Assembly (NCBI GenBank): GCA_963814375.1
Contig: CAWFCQ010000002.1
Location: 176,017 to 240,016, forward strand
Source: an uncultured Chloroflexia bacterium
GTDB taxonomy: Bacteria > Chloroflexota > Limnocylindria > QHBO01
Reading direction: 5' to 3'
DNA length: 64,000 nt
The first letter of the stretch is position 1, and the number at the start of each line of letters is the position of its first letter. This document shows, piece after piece, positions 50,123 through 60,803 of the stretch. Below the pieces are notes generated by a model. That model searched no databases, was not told the DNA's origin, and saw nothing but the letters and a program-made list of their open reading frames with translations. The position numbers and the translations under genes are program-made.

Positions 50123-52299
50123 GCGCCGCCGTCATCCGTCGTCTTCACGATGTGCGGTCGTCCGACTCGGCTGAGGTTGGCGGCAAGGCCGCCAGCCTCG
50201 GCGAGCTGATCGCCGCCGGCGTTCGCGTTCCCGATGGGGTCGTCGTGACGGCGGGGACCTCATCGGCGCTGTCGTCGCATGGATCGTGGGACGAGGCCAA
50301 CGACACATGGGATCTGGGCAGCGGCCCATTTGCGGTCCGATCGAGCGGGATCTCGGAGGACGGCGCCGATCGGTCGTTCGCCGGCATGTATGAGACCGAG
50401 CTCGATGTTGCGGCCGAGGACGTGGCCGAGGCCGTCGAGCGCTGCCTGGCGAGCGCGCGCGCCGCGCGCGTGACGGAGTACGAGCGCACGGCCAGCGACC
50501 GCATGGCGGTCATCGTTCAGCGCATGGTCGCGCCGGTGGCGGCCGGCGTTGTCCTCACGGCCGATCCGATCACGGGTGACCGGTCGTCGAGCATCGTGAC
50601 GGCCGTGCGGGGTCGCGGCGATCGGCTGGTCTCCGGCGCGGCCGCCGGTGACGAGTGGGTCGTCCGTGAGGGGGAGGCTACCGCGCGTCGGCAGCCCGAG
50701 TCGGCCATCGACGCGCGGCAGGCGCTCGAGATCGCCAGCGAGGCGCGACGGATTGCCGGTGCGCGCGGGATGCCGCAGGACATCGAGTGGGCCATCGACG
50801 GCGCGGGGGTGCTCTGGCTCCTCCAGGCTCGGCCGATGACCGCCCTGCCGCTCGAGGTGTCATGGACGCCGCCGGCGCCCGGCGCGTTCACCCGCCAGTT
50901 CCGCCTCGGCGAATGGATAGGAGAGCCCGTCACACAACTGTTCGAGTCGTGGCTGCTGACCGTGATGGAGGCGGGGATGCACGCCTGGTTCGTCGAGCAG
51001 ATCGGGCAGCGTGCGCCCGCGCCCCTGCACGTCGTGGTCAACGGCTGGTACTTCTACTCGCTCAACTGGGCGTCACCGGCCGCCATGATCGGCAACCTGC
51101 CGCGCATGCTTGGGCACCTCGTCCGACACCCTAGGCGCATCGCGGGCGTCATGCCGGCGACCGTGCGGCACAGCTTCCGAACCGTCGAGCGAGAGTGGCG
51201 CGCGGACTTTCGCCCGCGCTACCGGGTGGCCATCCTGGACGCGGAGGCCAAGGTTGAGACGCTGCCCGTCGCCGAGCTTCCGCCATTGATCGACGAGCTG
51301 GCCGGCCTGGCCGGCGAGGGCTTCGGCTGGCTGGCGGCGCTGGCCGGCGCGGCGTACAAGCTCGAGTTCAACCTCGCCGGGTTCTACCGGCGGCATCTGC
51401 GCTCAACCTTGGGTGGCAGCCATCTCCCGCTGGTGACGGGCTTCGGCCCGCCGCCGGCAGCCGAGGGCGCGCAGGCGATCGCATCGCTCGACTGGTTTCA
51501 CCCGGTCTCCGCTCCACCGCCCCCGCCGGCGCTCGACGCTCAGCAAGCCCTCGTGGCGGCGCGGCACGCGGCCGAGGAGGACGCTTGCGCCGCGCTGGCC
51601 GCGGTGCCGCGCCATCAGGCCGCGTTCCGTCGCCTGCTCGCCGACGCCCAGCACCTCGTCCCGCTGCGCGAGCAGCAGGTCGGCGAGTTGACCGCCGCCT
51701 GGCCGGTCATGCGGCGCGGCGTGATCCGGATCGGCGAGGCGCTCGCCGAACGAGGCGTGATCGACGGTCCCGATGACGTCTTCTTCCTCAGCCGGCGCGA
51801 GGTGCTGGCGGCCCTCGCGGAAGGCCGTCTTGGGGCCGGCATCGACGTCATCGCTCGCCGAGCGCAGCGCGACGAGCAGGCGCGACTCGTGCCGCCCCTG
51901 GTCATCGGTGACGTCAACCCGGTCTTGCGGCGGATGCTGGATGGCTTCCCGCGCACGCTCGGTGCCGAGCCGTCGTCGACGGCGCTGGTCAGCGGGTCGC
52001 CGGCGTCCGCGGGTCGGGCGACCGGAAGCGTTCGCGTTATTCGTGGCCCGGACCAGTTCGGCGAGCTCCAACCCGGCGAGATCCTCGTGGCCCCGATGAC
52101 CGCTCCAGCCTGGACACCGCTCTTCACGCGCGCGGCCGCGGTGGTCACCGACGTGGGGAGTCCGGCAGCGCATGCCTCGATCATCGCTCGCGAGTACGGG
52201 ATTCCGGCCGTCGTCGGCTGCGGTGACGCCACAGCGCGGCTGCGAACCGGGATGCTCGTCATGGTCGACGGAAGCACGGGTAACGTCGAGCCGGTGTGA
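50119..52299 (+). CDS. PEP-synthase-like phosphotransferase (rifampin phosphotransferase-type architecture)
   Basis: N-terminal ATP-grasp (GGKAASL, AVRSS..SED...SFAG, QDIEWA, LLQARP), helical middle, C-terminal His swivel (AHASIIAREYGIPAVVG). Confidence 0.85.
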   Translation: MSAAVIRRLHDVRSSDSAEVGGKAASLGELIAAGVRVPDGVVVTAGTSSALSSHGSWDEANDTWDLGSGPFAVRSSGISEDGADRSFAGMYETELDVAAEDVAEAVERCLASARAARVTEYERTASDRMAVIVQRMVAPVAAGVVLTADPITGDRSSSIVTAVRGRGDRLVSGAAAGDEWVVREGEATARRQPESAIDARQALEIASEARRIAGARGMPQDIEWAIDGAGVLWLLQARPMTALPLEVSWTPPAPGAFTRQFRLGEWIGEPVTQLFESWLLTVMEAGMHAWFVEQIGQRAPAPLHVVVNGWYFYSLNWASPAAMIGNLPRMLGHLVRHPRRIAGVMPATVRHSFRTVEREWRADFRPRYRVAILDAEAKVETLPVAELPPLIDELAGLAGEGFGWLAALAGAAYKLEFNLAGFYRRHLRSTLGGSHLPLVTGFGPPPAAEGAQAIASLDWFHPVSAPPPPPALDAQQALVAARHAAEEDACAALAAVPRHQAAFRRLLADAQHLVPLREQQVGELTAAWPVMRRGVIRIGEALAERGVIDGPDDVFFLSRREVLAALAEGRLGAGIDVIARRAQRDEQARLVPPLVIGDVNPVLRRMLDGFPRTLGAEPSSTALVSGSPASAGRATGSVRVIRGPDQFGELQPGEILVAPMTAPAWTPLFTRAAAVVTDVGSPAAHASIIAREYGIPAVVGCGDATARLRTGMLVMVDGSTGNVEPV

Positions 52300-52327
52300 G
52301 GCGGAGAGTCATGCCCGCCGCGTGATC

Positions 52328-53140
52328 CTACCTCGCACTGGGCGCCACGGTTCGAAGCGATGCGGCGAACTCGGCAAGGTCCCTAGCGACGCGGTCGGGA
52401 TGCTCCCACAGCACCACGTGTCCGGCATCCTCGTAGTTCCGAAGTTCGGCACCGGGAATGGCCGCCGCCAACCGCTCTCCGGTGTCCGCCGGCAGCAGCT
52501 CGTCGCGCGCGCCCCAGATGACGAGAGTCGGCACGCTGATAACGCCGGCCTCGGTCGGCGGCGTCGCCCGAGAGAGGCCGTCGAGTGCGTCGCGCCACAC
52601 GCGAGCCGGCATGCGCACCCCGTCCTCGACACGATCCTCCAGGTAGTCCGCGGGGATCGGGCGCTGGAATCGGAACCACGAGAGGGTCCCGCGGACCCAG
52701 TCCCGGTCGATTGGATCGGAAAGCCCTTCGAGCTCGTCGGCGAATGTCGCGCGGCCCTGGAGGCTGCGTGGGGCGCCGATCAAAACGAGACCGCGCGTGC
52801 GGTCGGGGTGAGCCAGCGCGAATCCCTGCGCGACGTAACCTCCGCTCGAGCTGCCGGCGATCACTGCCGCATTCACGCCAAGGGCATCGAGAAACGCCTC
52901 GACATCGGCGATGTAGTCGGTGAATGCGTACCCGGTCGGTGGCTTCGAGGCATCGCGATGTCCGCGCTGGTCGGGGACGAGCACCCGCAGCGTATTCGGG
53001 AGCTTCGGCAGAACGCGGCTGAACGCGTGGCGCGACTCGCCCCAGGCATGAAGGAGGACGACCGCGACTCCGTCTGACGGCCCCTGTTCCAGGTAGGGGA
53101 GCGTGACGCCGGTTCGGAGCTTGGCGATCCGGTCGGCCAT
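52328..53140 (-). CDS. Alpha/beta fold hydrolase
   Basis: LLHAWG, DQRGH, GSSSGG nucleophile elbow, WGARD, AGH. Confidence 0.88.
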   Translation of the reverse strand: MADRIAKLRTGVTLPYLEQGPSDGVAVVLLHAWGESRHAFSRVLPKLPNTLRVLVPDQRGHRDASKPPTGYAFTDYIADVEAFLDALGVNAAVIAGSSSGGYVAQGFALAHPDRTRGLVLIGAPRSLQGRATFADELEGLSDPIDRDWVRGTLSWFRFQRPIPADYLEDRVEDGVRMPARVWRDALDGLSRATPPTEAGVISVPTLVIWGARDELLPADTGERLAAAIPGAELRNYEDAGHVVLWEHPDRVARDLAEFAASLRTVAPSAR

Positions 53141-53176
53141 TCACGCAGGATACGCTCAGTTCCGCGGATCTGAGGC

Positions 53177-53207
53177 TTGACCCTCACGTAACGTTAGGGT
53201 CTACGGT
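53177..53207 (+). promoter_or_regulatory. MerR-type promoter with 19-bp spacer and dyad operator
   Basis: TTGACC-19 nt-TACGGT; dyad GACCCTCACGT-A-ACGTTAGGGTC (1 mismatch). Confidence 0.85.
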
Positions 53208-53229
53208 CTCCTCCGAAGGGACGAAACCG

Positions 53230-53988
53230 ATGAGCCACACGGTCGGCACGGTGGCCCGGATGGCCGGGATAACGGTGCGGACCCTGCACCATTACGACGA
53301 GATCGGGCTTCTGTCGCCCGGCGACCGCTCGGACGCGGGCTACCGCCGCTACGACGACGCCGATCTCGAGCGGCTGCAGCGGATCCTGTTCTACCGCGAG
53401 CTCGGGTTCGGCCTTGACGACATCAGGACCGTCATCACCGATGGCGGCGCTGACGCATCGGCCCACCTCCGACGGCAGCACGCGATGCTGCGCGATCGGA
53501 TCCGGAGGCTGGAGCGCATGGCCGCGGCGGTCGAGAAGGCAATGGAGGCACGAACCATGGGAATCCCACTGACGCCGGAGGAGCGCCTCGAGGTCTTCGG
53601 CGACTTCGACCCGGACCAGTACGCCGACGAGGTCGAGGAGCGCTGGGGCGACACCGACGCCTACCGCGAGTCGCAGCGCCGCACGAGCAGCTACACCAAG
53701 GCCGACTGGCAGCGCATGAAGGACGAGACGCAGGCCAACGGCGAGCGCATCGCTGCCGCCATGAAGGCCGGACTGCCGGCCGACAGCGCCGAGGCGATGG
53801 ACGCGGCCGAGGAGCATCGGCTGCATATCAGCCGCTGGTTCTACGACTGCTCCTCGGAGATTCACGTCGGCCTGGCCGAGATGTACATCGCCGATCCGCG
53901 CTTCACCGCCACCTACGAGAAGATCGCGCCGGGCATGGCCCAGTACCTCCACGACGCGATCCTTGCCAACGCCGCCCGGTCGCGATAG
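53230..53988 (+). CDS. MerR family regulator with TipAS antibiotic-binding domain (TipA/Mta-like)
   Basis: TVRTLHHYDEIGLL, GYRRY, ILFYRELGF, EERWGDTDAYRES, FYDCS...H.GLAEMYIADPRF. Confidence 0.93.
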   Translation: MSHTVGTVARMAGITVRTLHHYDEIGLLSPGDRSDAGYRRYDDADLERLQRILFYRELGFGLDDIRTVITDGGADASAHLRRQHAMLRDRIRRLERMAAAVEKAMEARTMGIPLTPEERLEVFGDFDPDQYADEVEERWGDTDAYRESQRRTSSYTKADWQRMKDETQANGERIAAAMKAGLPADSAEAMDAAEEHRLHISRWFYDCSSEIHVGLAEMYIADPRFTATYEKIAPGMAQYLHDAILANAARSR

Positions 53989-54179
53989 GTGGCAGTGTCT
54001 TCACCTGAGGGCGTGTTGGGGTTGCGTTCCCGCGGTAGATCGCGACCTCCGCAGCATGAGGCGCACCTCGGGGTGCCGCCCAGGCTCACCGGTCCGCGAT
54101 AGATCCTGAGAACGCAACCTCCGGGACGGCTCTGGTGATTCGGTCGCGATTCCTCGCGACTCTCCATATGCTGGACGGG

Positions 54180-54890
54180 ATGGATCCCCACGACCGGCCC
54201 ACCGACTGTTGCGCGCCCGCCGACCCGCGGATCGCGCGCCAGTTCGACGCGCACGCCGCCGATTGGGCCGATGTCGATGATTTCCCCGACCTCGTCGATG
54301 TCAGCGCGGCGTTGCTCGACCTGCTGCGCGACGCTCCGACGCGCCGCCCGACGGTCCTCGAGTTCGGCTGCGGAACCGGGGCGGTCGGCGTCGCGCTGCT
54401 CGAGATGGGCGCTACATACGCGACCGGCATAGACCTGTCGCCAGCGAGCATCGAGGTGGCGAATCGCCGCGCCCACGCCGCGGGCTTCGGCGAACAGGCG
54501 GTCTTCGAGGTCGGCAACGCCGCCGATGCCGACGCGCCACGCCACGACTGGGTCGTCATGGACCGCGTCATCTGCTGCTTCGGGGACGTCGAGCGCCTGG
54601 TCGAGCGGGCGATCGCGCAGGCCGGCGAGCGGATCGCGATCACCGTGCCCGAGTCACGCGGCTGGCGCGGCCTCGTCAACCGACCGCTCTGGGCGATCGA
54701 GTTCGCCTGGGATCGTCTGTGGGGCGGGTGCCGGGGCTACGTTCACGACCTGCGGCGCATCGAGCGCCGCCTCGCCGATGCTGGGTTCCGGCCGACCGCC
54801 AGCGACCGGGTCGGCCTGTGGCACATCGGCGTCTACGATCGCGCGCCGAACACGTCGGTCAGCCCCGCCTCGAGGTCGCGCGGGGCGTAG
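54180..54890 (+). CDS. Class I SAM-dependent methyltransferase
   Basis: VLEFGCGTG, GIDLS, DRVICC. Confidence 0.85.
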   Translation: MDPHDRPTDCCAPADPRIARQFDAHAADWADVDDFPDLVDVSAALLDLLRDAPTRRPTVLEFGCGTGAVGVALLEMGATYATGIDLSPASIEVANRRAHAAGFGEQAVFEVGNAADADAPRHDWVVMDRVICCFGDVERLVERAIAQAGERIAITVPESRGWRGLVNRPLWAIEFAWDRLWGGCRGYVHDLRRIERRLADAGFRPTASDRVGLWHIGVYDRAPNTSVSPASRSRGA

Positions 54891-55789
54891 CCCAGGTCGC
54901 GGCGCGCCTTTGAATCCGTAGCCCAGTAGGTGACGCCGGCACTGGCGCTCACCAGTTCTCGGAGATCAGGACCGATGCGTCGCACGAGCGGCGCCGCCGC
55001 CCGCAACGCCCAGGTCGGCGTGCCGAGACGCGGAGGCCGATGGCCGCCGATGGCGGCCGCGCGTCGCACGAGTTCGGCCATCGTCGTGAGCTCGCCACCC
55101 AGGACGTAGGCCTGACCCGGCGTCCCGCGCTCGCCGACGAGGGCGATCCCCGCCGCGATGTCCTCGACATGGGCCATGTTCATGCCGAGGTCGCCGAAGG
55201 TCAGCGCGCGCAGCTTGCCGGCCGCCGCGTCGCGCAGGACGCCGCCGAGTCCGGAGTGGTCGCCGGGGCCGTACACCCCGCCGGGCTGGGCGATGAGAAC
55301 CGGCGCGCCGGCCGCGATCCGCTCCCGCGCCAGGAGATGCGCCCGATGCTTCGTCTCGTCGTAGAAGCTGACGTACCGATGCGGGCGCGGCCGCTCGTAG
55401 GTCTCGTCGACGACCCGGTAGCCGGTGTCGCCGAAGGCGTTGATGGTCGAGACGTGGACGATGCGCGCGACGCCGGCATCGATCGCTGCATCGAGCAGGC
55501 GCTCAGTGGCGGTGACGTTGGCCGCCTCCATGGCCGGCCGATCTTTGGCGCGGATGCCGACGCGGTAGTCGCCGGCGAGGTGGAAGGCGATCTCGCTGCC
55601 GCCGATGGCGCGACGAAGCGCAGCGGCGTCGAGGATGTCGGCGACGACGACTTCGCAGCCGGCACGGGTCAGGCTGCCGGCCGAGCGCTGGCTGCGGGCG
55701 ATGGCGCGCACCTCGGCGCCGGACTCGCGCAGACGTCTCACGAGATGGCGGCCGATGAACCCGCCACCGCCGGTCACGAAGGCGCGCAT
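54833..55789 (-). CDS. NAD-dependent epimerase/dehydratase (extended SDR, HpnA-like)
   Basis: TGGGGFIG, FHLAG, YDETK (YxxxK), YGPGD. Confidence 0.88.
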   Translation of the reverse strand: MRAFVTGGGGFIGRHLVRRLRESGAEVRAIARSQRSAGSLTRAGCEVVVADILDAAALRRAIGGSEIAFHLAGDYRVGIRAKDRPAMEAANVTATERLLDAAIDAGVARIVHVSTINAFGDTGYRVVDETYERPRPHRYVSFYDETKHRAHLLARERIAAGAPVLIAQPGGVYGPGDHSGLGGVLRDAAAGKLRALTFGDLGMNMAHVEDIAAGIALVGERGTPGQAYVLGGELTTMAELVRRAAAIGGHRPPRLGTPTWALRAAAPLVRRIGPDLRELVSASAGVTYWATDSKARRDLGYAPRDLEAGLTDVFGARS

Positions 55790-55805
55790 CGGTCCCGCGG
55801 GCGTC

Positions 55806-56249
55806 TCAGGCCGCCGGTGGTGGCGAGAACCGAGCCTGGATGCGGGCCAAGCTCGCGTCGACCTCGCCCTTGGCAGCGCCGGCGATCATCGGCTCCATGA
55901 ACTTCGTGAGCATCGAGCCGCGGATCTCCATCGCGAAAGCGAGGTCGGTGGCGTCGCCGGCATCGGCGAGGTCGAGCTCGGCGACCGCATTCACGCCGGA
56001 CACCTCGGAGGTGATGGCGAGCCGGCGAGGTGGGTCGTAGGCGGTGATCGTCAACGGTGCCTCGATCTGGTTGCCCATGAGCTCGCGCACGACTCGGGCG
56101 GTGGTGCCGACCCCCGGCTCGCCGGGCGAGGTCAGCTCCGCGGTCACGATGCCGGTCTGCCACTCGGCCAGGTTGTCGAGATCGGCGAGGTAGGCGAAGA
56201 CCTCGTCGGGCGGTGCCTCGATCCGCGCGCCGCCTTCGACACGTTTCAT
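55806..56249 (-). CDS. SRPBCC/polyketide cyclase-like protein
   Basis: IEAPPDEVFAYLAD..NL.EW, PGVGT, ITAYDPP. Confidence 0.82.
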   Translation of the reverse strand: MKRVEGGARIEAPPDEVFAYLADLDNLAEWQTGIVTAELTSPGEPGVGTTARVVRELMGNQIEAPLTITAYDPPRRLAITSEVSGVNAVAELDLADAGDATDLAFAMEIRGSMLTKFMEPMIAGAAKGEVDASLARIQARFSPPPAA

Positions 56250-56282
56250 GCGGCCACCCTACACCGTGCCAGCTGACCGAGG

Positions 56283-57079
56283 TCAGTGCAGGATCTGCGA
56301 GAGGAAGCGCCGCGTGCGCTCGTGCTGAGGCGACTCGAAAATCTGGGATGGCGGGCCCTGCTCCACGATCTGGCCGTGGTCGAAGAAGACCAGCCGATCG
56401 GCGACGGCGCGTGCGAAGCCCATCTCGTGGGTGACGCAGATCATCGTCATGCCGGCGTCGCGAGCGAGTGACTGCATCACGTCGAGCACCTCGCTGATCA
56501 TCTCGGGGTCGAGGGCGGAGGTCGGCTCGTCGAACAGCATGATCTTCGGGTTCATCGCCAGGGCCCGGGCGATCGCGACGCGCTGCTGCTGCCCGCCGGA
56601 TAGCTGGGCGGGGTATTTGTGCGCCTGCTCAGGGATGCCGACTCGCTCGAGGAGCTTCATGCCGACCGCATCGGCTTCGGCGCGCGGGTAGCCGCGCACC
56701 TTCATCGGCGCCAGGGTCACGTTCTGGAGCGCGGTCAGGTGCGGGAACAGGTTGAACGACTGGAAGACCATCCCGATCTCGCTGCGGATCGCGCCGATGT
56801 TGCGGACGTCGTTCGTGAGCCGGATGCCGTCGACGATGATCTCGCCGCGCTGATGCTCCTCGAGCCGGTTGATGGTGCGGATGAACGTCGACTTGCCCGG
56901 AGCCGGACGCGCCGAAGATGACGACGACCTCGCCGGGTGCGACGACGAGGTCGATCCCGCGCAGCACGTGGAGCTGTCCGAACCACTTGTGCACGTCGCG
57001 CGCGACGATGATTCCCTCGGCGGGCTCCGTGGCGGCCGCCGCCGCATCGGTCTGGAGGCTCCATGGTTGGGCGCTCCAT
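56283..57079 (-). CDS. aapP: Polar amino acid ABC transporter ATPase (frameshifts near 57057 and 56897)
   Basis: G.SGSGKST split by an indel, [40 protein letters not shown]. Confidence 0.85.
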
Positions 57080-58275
57080 CAGCGGGTTCCGACGCCGAGC
57101 GCACGTTCGAGCCGGTAGCTCGCCTGCGACATGGCATAGCAGAGGACGAAGAAGACGGCAGCGACGAAGGCGTAGACCTCCATGTTGGCGCCGAACGAGT
57201 CCGGCTGGGCGAGGACGGCGCGACCGATGCCGAGCAGCTCCAGCAGGCCGATGATCGTGACCAGGGTCGTGTCCTTGAGCAGGCTGATGAAGAGGCCCAC
57301 GTTCGCCGGGATGACCGATCGCAGCGCCTGCGGCAGGACGATGTAGAGGTTTGTCTTCAGGCCGGACAGTCCGAGCGCCTGGGCCGCCTCGATCTGGCCG
57401 GTCGGGATGGCCTGGAGGCCGCCGCGCACATTCTCGGCCACGTACGCTGCCGAGAAGAGCGTGATGCCGCCCATCGCGCGCGCCACGCGGTCGAGCCGCC
57501 ACTCGCCGGGCAGGAAGAGCGGCAGGATGATGTCGGCCATGAAGAGGATCGTCACCAGCGGGACGCCGCGGATGATCTCGATGTAGCCGGTCGACAGACC
57601 GCGCACCACCGGCAGCCGGCTGCGGCGGCCGAGCGCGAGCAGCACGCCGAGCGGGAACGAGAGGATGATCCCGACCGTCGCCAGCAGCACCGTCAGCAGC
57701 AGCCCGCCCCAGGCGTTCGACGAGACCGATGGCAGGAGCGTGCCTGCGCCGAAGCCGGCGAGCAGCAGGTAGCTGACCGGCAGCGAGATGAGCCAGGCGA
57801 TGACGAGGACGCGGCTCGGGATCCATCGGCGCAGGCCGACGACGAAGCTGATCCACACGAGGGCGGCGTTCGCGGCCATGGCCCCGACCGCCACGAGGCC
57901 GATCGGCGAGGCCAGCATGAGCGCCGCCAGCATCGCCTGGACCACCGACAGGGTGATGGCCAGCATCCGGGAGGCGCGGCCGAAGGTCCCCGCCGACAGC
58001 CCGGCCAGGACCGAGAGCAGGGTGAGGGCCGCGAGGATGCGCCACGCCTGGTCAGCCGGGTACTGGCCGATGAGGAAGAGGCGCAGGTTGTCGGTGACGA
58101 CCTCCCACCGGGCATCGGCCACCGCCCATCCGGCCACCTGGATCGTGACCCAGGCGATCGTCACGCCGAGGACGACGGTGATGAGGCTGCTGGCCCAGCC
58201 CGAGAAGAGGTTCTGGCGCAGCCACGCGATCGGCCCGACGACGGTTCGCGGCGGCGGGAGCGTCTCGGCCGTCAT
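57079..58275 (-). CDS. aapM: Amino acid ABC transporter permease
   Basis: [41 protein letters not shown]. Confidence 0.88.
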   Translation of the reverse strand: MTAETLPPPRTVVGPIAWLRQNLFSGWASSLITVVLGVTIAWVTIQVAGWAVADARWEVVTDNLRLFLIGQYPADQAWRILAALTLLSVLAGLSAGTFGRASRMLAITLSVVQAMLAALMLASPIGLVAVGAMAANAALVWISFVVGLRRWIPSRVLVIAWLISLPVSYLLLAGFGAGTLLPSVSSNAWGGLLLTVLLATVGIILSFPLGVLLALGRRSRLPVVRGLSTGYIEIIRGVPLVTILFMADIILPLFLPGEWRLDRVARAMGGITLFSAAYVAENVRGGLQAIPTGQIEAAQALGLSGLKTNLYIVLPQALRSVIPANVGLFISLLKDTTLVTIIGLLELLGIGRAVLAQPDSFGANMEVYAFVAAVFFVLCYAMSQASYRLERALGVGTR

Positions 58276-59459
58276 CGCTCGAGGACCTGGATGCGGCGGT
58301 TGTAGAGGTTCATGAGCGCGCTGGTGGCAAGGCTGATCGCCAGGTAGGTGCCCATCACCAGGATCATCACCGACACCGGCTGGCCGGTCTGGTTCGCCAT
58401 CGTCTGGCCAACCTTGAACAGGTCGGGATAGCCGATGGCGATGGCCAGGCTCGAGTTCTTCACGAGATTCAGGTACTGGCTGGTCAGCGGCGGAACGATG
58501 ACGCGCATGGCCTGCGGGAAGATCACGAGCCTGAGCACCTGGCCCTCGGACAGGCCGAGCGCGCGCGCCGCCTCCAGCTGGCCGCGGCGCACCGACTGGA
58601 TCCCGCCGCGCACCACCTCGCCGATGAAGGCCGCGGTGTACAGCACCAGCCCGGTCAGGAGCGCCGTGAACTCCGGTGAGAGGCGCAGCCCGCCGACGAA
58701 GTTGAACCGCTCCCGCACCGGGAGATCGAACGTCAGCGGCGCTCCGCCGGCGACGAACCAGCCGATCACCGGAAAGGCGATGAGCGCGACCCACCCGGCG
58801 GCTCTGAGGCCATGGATCGGGTGGCCGGCCGCCTCACGTCGTGCCGCGAGCGCGCGAGCGCCGATGAGGGCGACGACGCCCGCCACCCCGAAGGCGAGCC
58901 AGAGGCCGATGCCGCTCCCGACCTGCGGGCCGGGCACGAAGAGGCCGCGCTGGTTGAGGAAGAGCCCCTGGCCGATGGCCAGCGACTCGGCTACCGACGG
59001 CAGCTGGATGAAGACGACGAAGTAGATGATGAACAGCTGGACGAGGAGCGGCGTGTTGCGCATCACCTCGACGTAGCCGGACGCCGTCCTGCTGACGAGC
59101 CAGTTCGGCGAGAGCCGCGCGACCCCGACGACGATGCCGAGCAGCGTCGCCAGGATGATCCCGACGATGCTCACGAACAGCGTGTTGAAGAGGCCGACGA
59201 GGAAGGCGGTCCCGTACGTCGCGGTCGACGAGTAGGGGATCGGGCTCTCGCTGATCTCGAAGCCGGCCTGCCGGTTCAGGAAACTGAAGCCGAAGCCGAG
59301 CCCGCGCTCCTCCATGGCGGCCAGCATGTTGTTCGCCATCCAGGCGACGAGCAGCCCGACGCCGAGGACCACGGCCACCTGGGCCGCGATGCGCAGGGCG
59401 CGGACGTCGCGCCACAGCGGCGTGCCGGCCTGGGGCGGCGCGCCTGCGGCGCTGGTCAT
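58272..59459 (-). CDS. aapQ: Amino acid ABC transporter permease
   Basis: RNTPLLVQ, EVVRGGI.SV.RGQLEAA, PPLTSQYLNLVKNSSLA. Confidence 0.88.
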   Translation of the reverse strand: MTSAAGAPPQAGTPLWRDVRALRIAAQVAVVLGVGLLVAWMANNMLAAMEERGLGFGFSFLNRQAGFEISESPIPYSSTATYGTAFLVGLFNTLFVSIVGIILATLLGIVVGVARLSPNWLVSRTASGYVEVMRNTPLLVQLFIIYFVVFIQLPSVAESLAIGQGLFLNQRGLFVPGPQVGSGIGLWLAFGVAGVVALIGARALAARREAAGHPIHGLRAAGWVALIAFPVIGWFVAGGAPLTFDLPVRERFNFVGGLRLSPEFTALLTGLVLYTAAFIGEVVRGGIQSVRRGQLEAARALGLSEGQVLRLVIFPQAMRVIVPPLTSQYLNLVKNSSLAIAIGYPDLFKVGQTMANQTGQPVSVMILVMGTYLAISLATSALMNLYNRRIQVLER

Positions 59460-59522
59460 CGGTTCCGTCCGGGTGGGTTGCCCCGGAGCCGGCTCATGCC
59501 GGCCCCGAGGCTCCGGATCGGC

Positions 59523-60668
59523 CTAGCGGTAGGGCGGGGCGTAGAGGAGCCCGCCGTTGGTCCACAGCTCGTTGAGCCCGCGCTCGAGCTCGAACGGTGT
59601 GCCCGGGCCGAGGTTGCGCTCGTAGATCTCGCCGTAGTTGCCAACGGCGGTGATCATCGTGAGCACCCAGTCGGGCTCGAGACCCAACCCGTCGTCGAAG
59701 GCCTCGGCGCCCTCGGGTGTCACGCCCAGCAGTCGCTGGACAACCGGGTCGGTGCTCGTCTCGGCCATCTCCGCCGCGTTCTCGGACGTGATGCCCTGCT
59801 CCTCGGCCTCGATCGTGGCGAAGACGACCCACCTCACGATGTTGAACCACTGGTCGTCGCCGAGCGGCGCGACCGGGCCGAGGGGCTCCTTGGAGAGGAC
59901 CTCGTCGAGGATGACGTGGTCGTCGGGGGTGGCGAACGCCGTCCGGCGAGAGACGAGCTGCGATCGGTCGCTGGTGACCGCGTCGCATCGGCCCTCCTCG
60001 TAGGCGGCGTAGGTCGGGTCGATCTCGGCGAACGGCAGCGGCTCGAAGTCGATGCCGGCCGCGCCGAACGTGTCGGCCAGGTTCAGCTCGGTGGTCGTGC
60101 CTGTCTGGACGCAGATCGTCGCTCCGGCGAGGTCCTCGATGGTGGCCGCCTCGACCGCGGTCGAGTTCACCATGATCGCCTGGCCGTCGTAGAAGGTGGT
60201 CGGCGCGAAGAGGCCCCACGTCGTGTCGCGGCTGACGGTCCAGGTCGTGTTGCGGATGAGGACATCCACCTCGCCGGTCTGGAGCGCCGGGCCGCGCTGG
60301 TCGGTCGAGAGGTTGCGGTACTCGACCGCCTCGGCGTCGCCGAGCACGGCCGCCGCGACGGCGCGGCAGAAGTCGGCGTCGAAGCCGACGGTGTTGCCGT
60401 CCTCGTCGAGGAAGCTGAATCCGGCCAGCGAGCCGTTCACGCCGCAGATGAGGTTGCCGCGCTCCTGGACGGCGGCCAACCGGCCGTCACCGGCAGCCGG
60501 CGGGGCCTCGGAGGCGGCCGGGGTGCTCTCGGTCGGCGCCACGCTCTCCTCCGCGCTTCCGCCGGGGCTTCCGGCCGGAGCTTCGGAGCTCGGCGCCTGG
60601 TCGCCGCAGGCGGTGACCACGAACGCGAGCACGGCGACGCCGATCAACGAGCGTCGTAGATCGAACAT
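59523..60668 (-). CDS. aapJ: Amino acid ABC transporter substrate-binding lipoprotein
   Basis: Lipobox VTAC, GFDADFCRAVAAA, RNTTWT.SRD, SKEPLGP, VGNYGEIYERN, GLLYAPP. Confidence 0.9.
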   Translation of the reverse strand: MFDLRRSLIGVAVLAFVVTACGDQAPSSEAPAGSPGGSAEESVAPTESTPAASEAPPAAGDGRLAAVQERGNLICGVNGSLAGFSFLDEDGNTVGFDADFCRAVAAAVLGDAEAVEYRNLSTDQRGPALQTGEVDVLIRNTTWTVSRDTTWGLFAPTTFYDGQAIMVNSTAVEAATIEDLAGATICVQTGTTTELNLADTFGAAGIDFEPLPFAEIDPTYAAYEEGRCDAVTSDRSQLVSRRTAFATPDDHVILDEVLSKEPLGPVAPLGDDQWFNIVRWVVFATIEAEEQGITSENAAEMAETSTDPVVQRLLGVTPEGAEAFDDGLGLEPDWVLTMITAVGNYGEIYERNLGPGTPFELERGLNELWTNGGLLYAPPYR

Positions 60669-60803
60669 GGGGTTCCATCCTCCCTTGATGGCATCGAGCC
60701 GCTCGGGCCAGCTCATCGGTGCGACGCACATCATGCCGTGAGCGGCGTCGGAGTGCCGGCCGAATCGGCATGCCGCTGTGGCGCCAGTGCACAATCGGCC
60801 GTG

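Noticed and set aside
50119-52299. PEP synthase (ppsA) or PPDK
   Set aside because: Lacks the C-terminal pyruvate-binding TIM barrel; the His domain is terminal.
54180-54890. Mg-protoporphyrin methyltransferase (bchM), implying phototrophy
   Set aside because: Only generic similarity, and no other bch/puf genes in the window.
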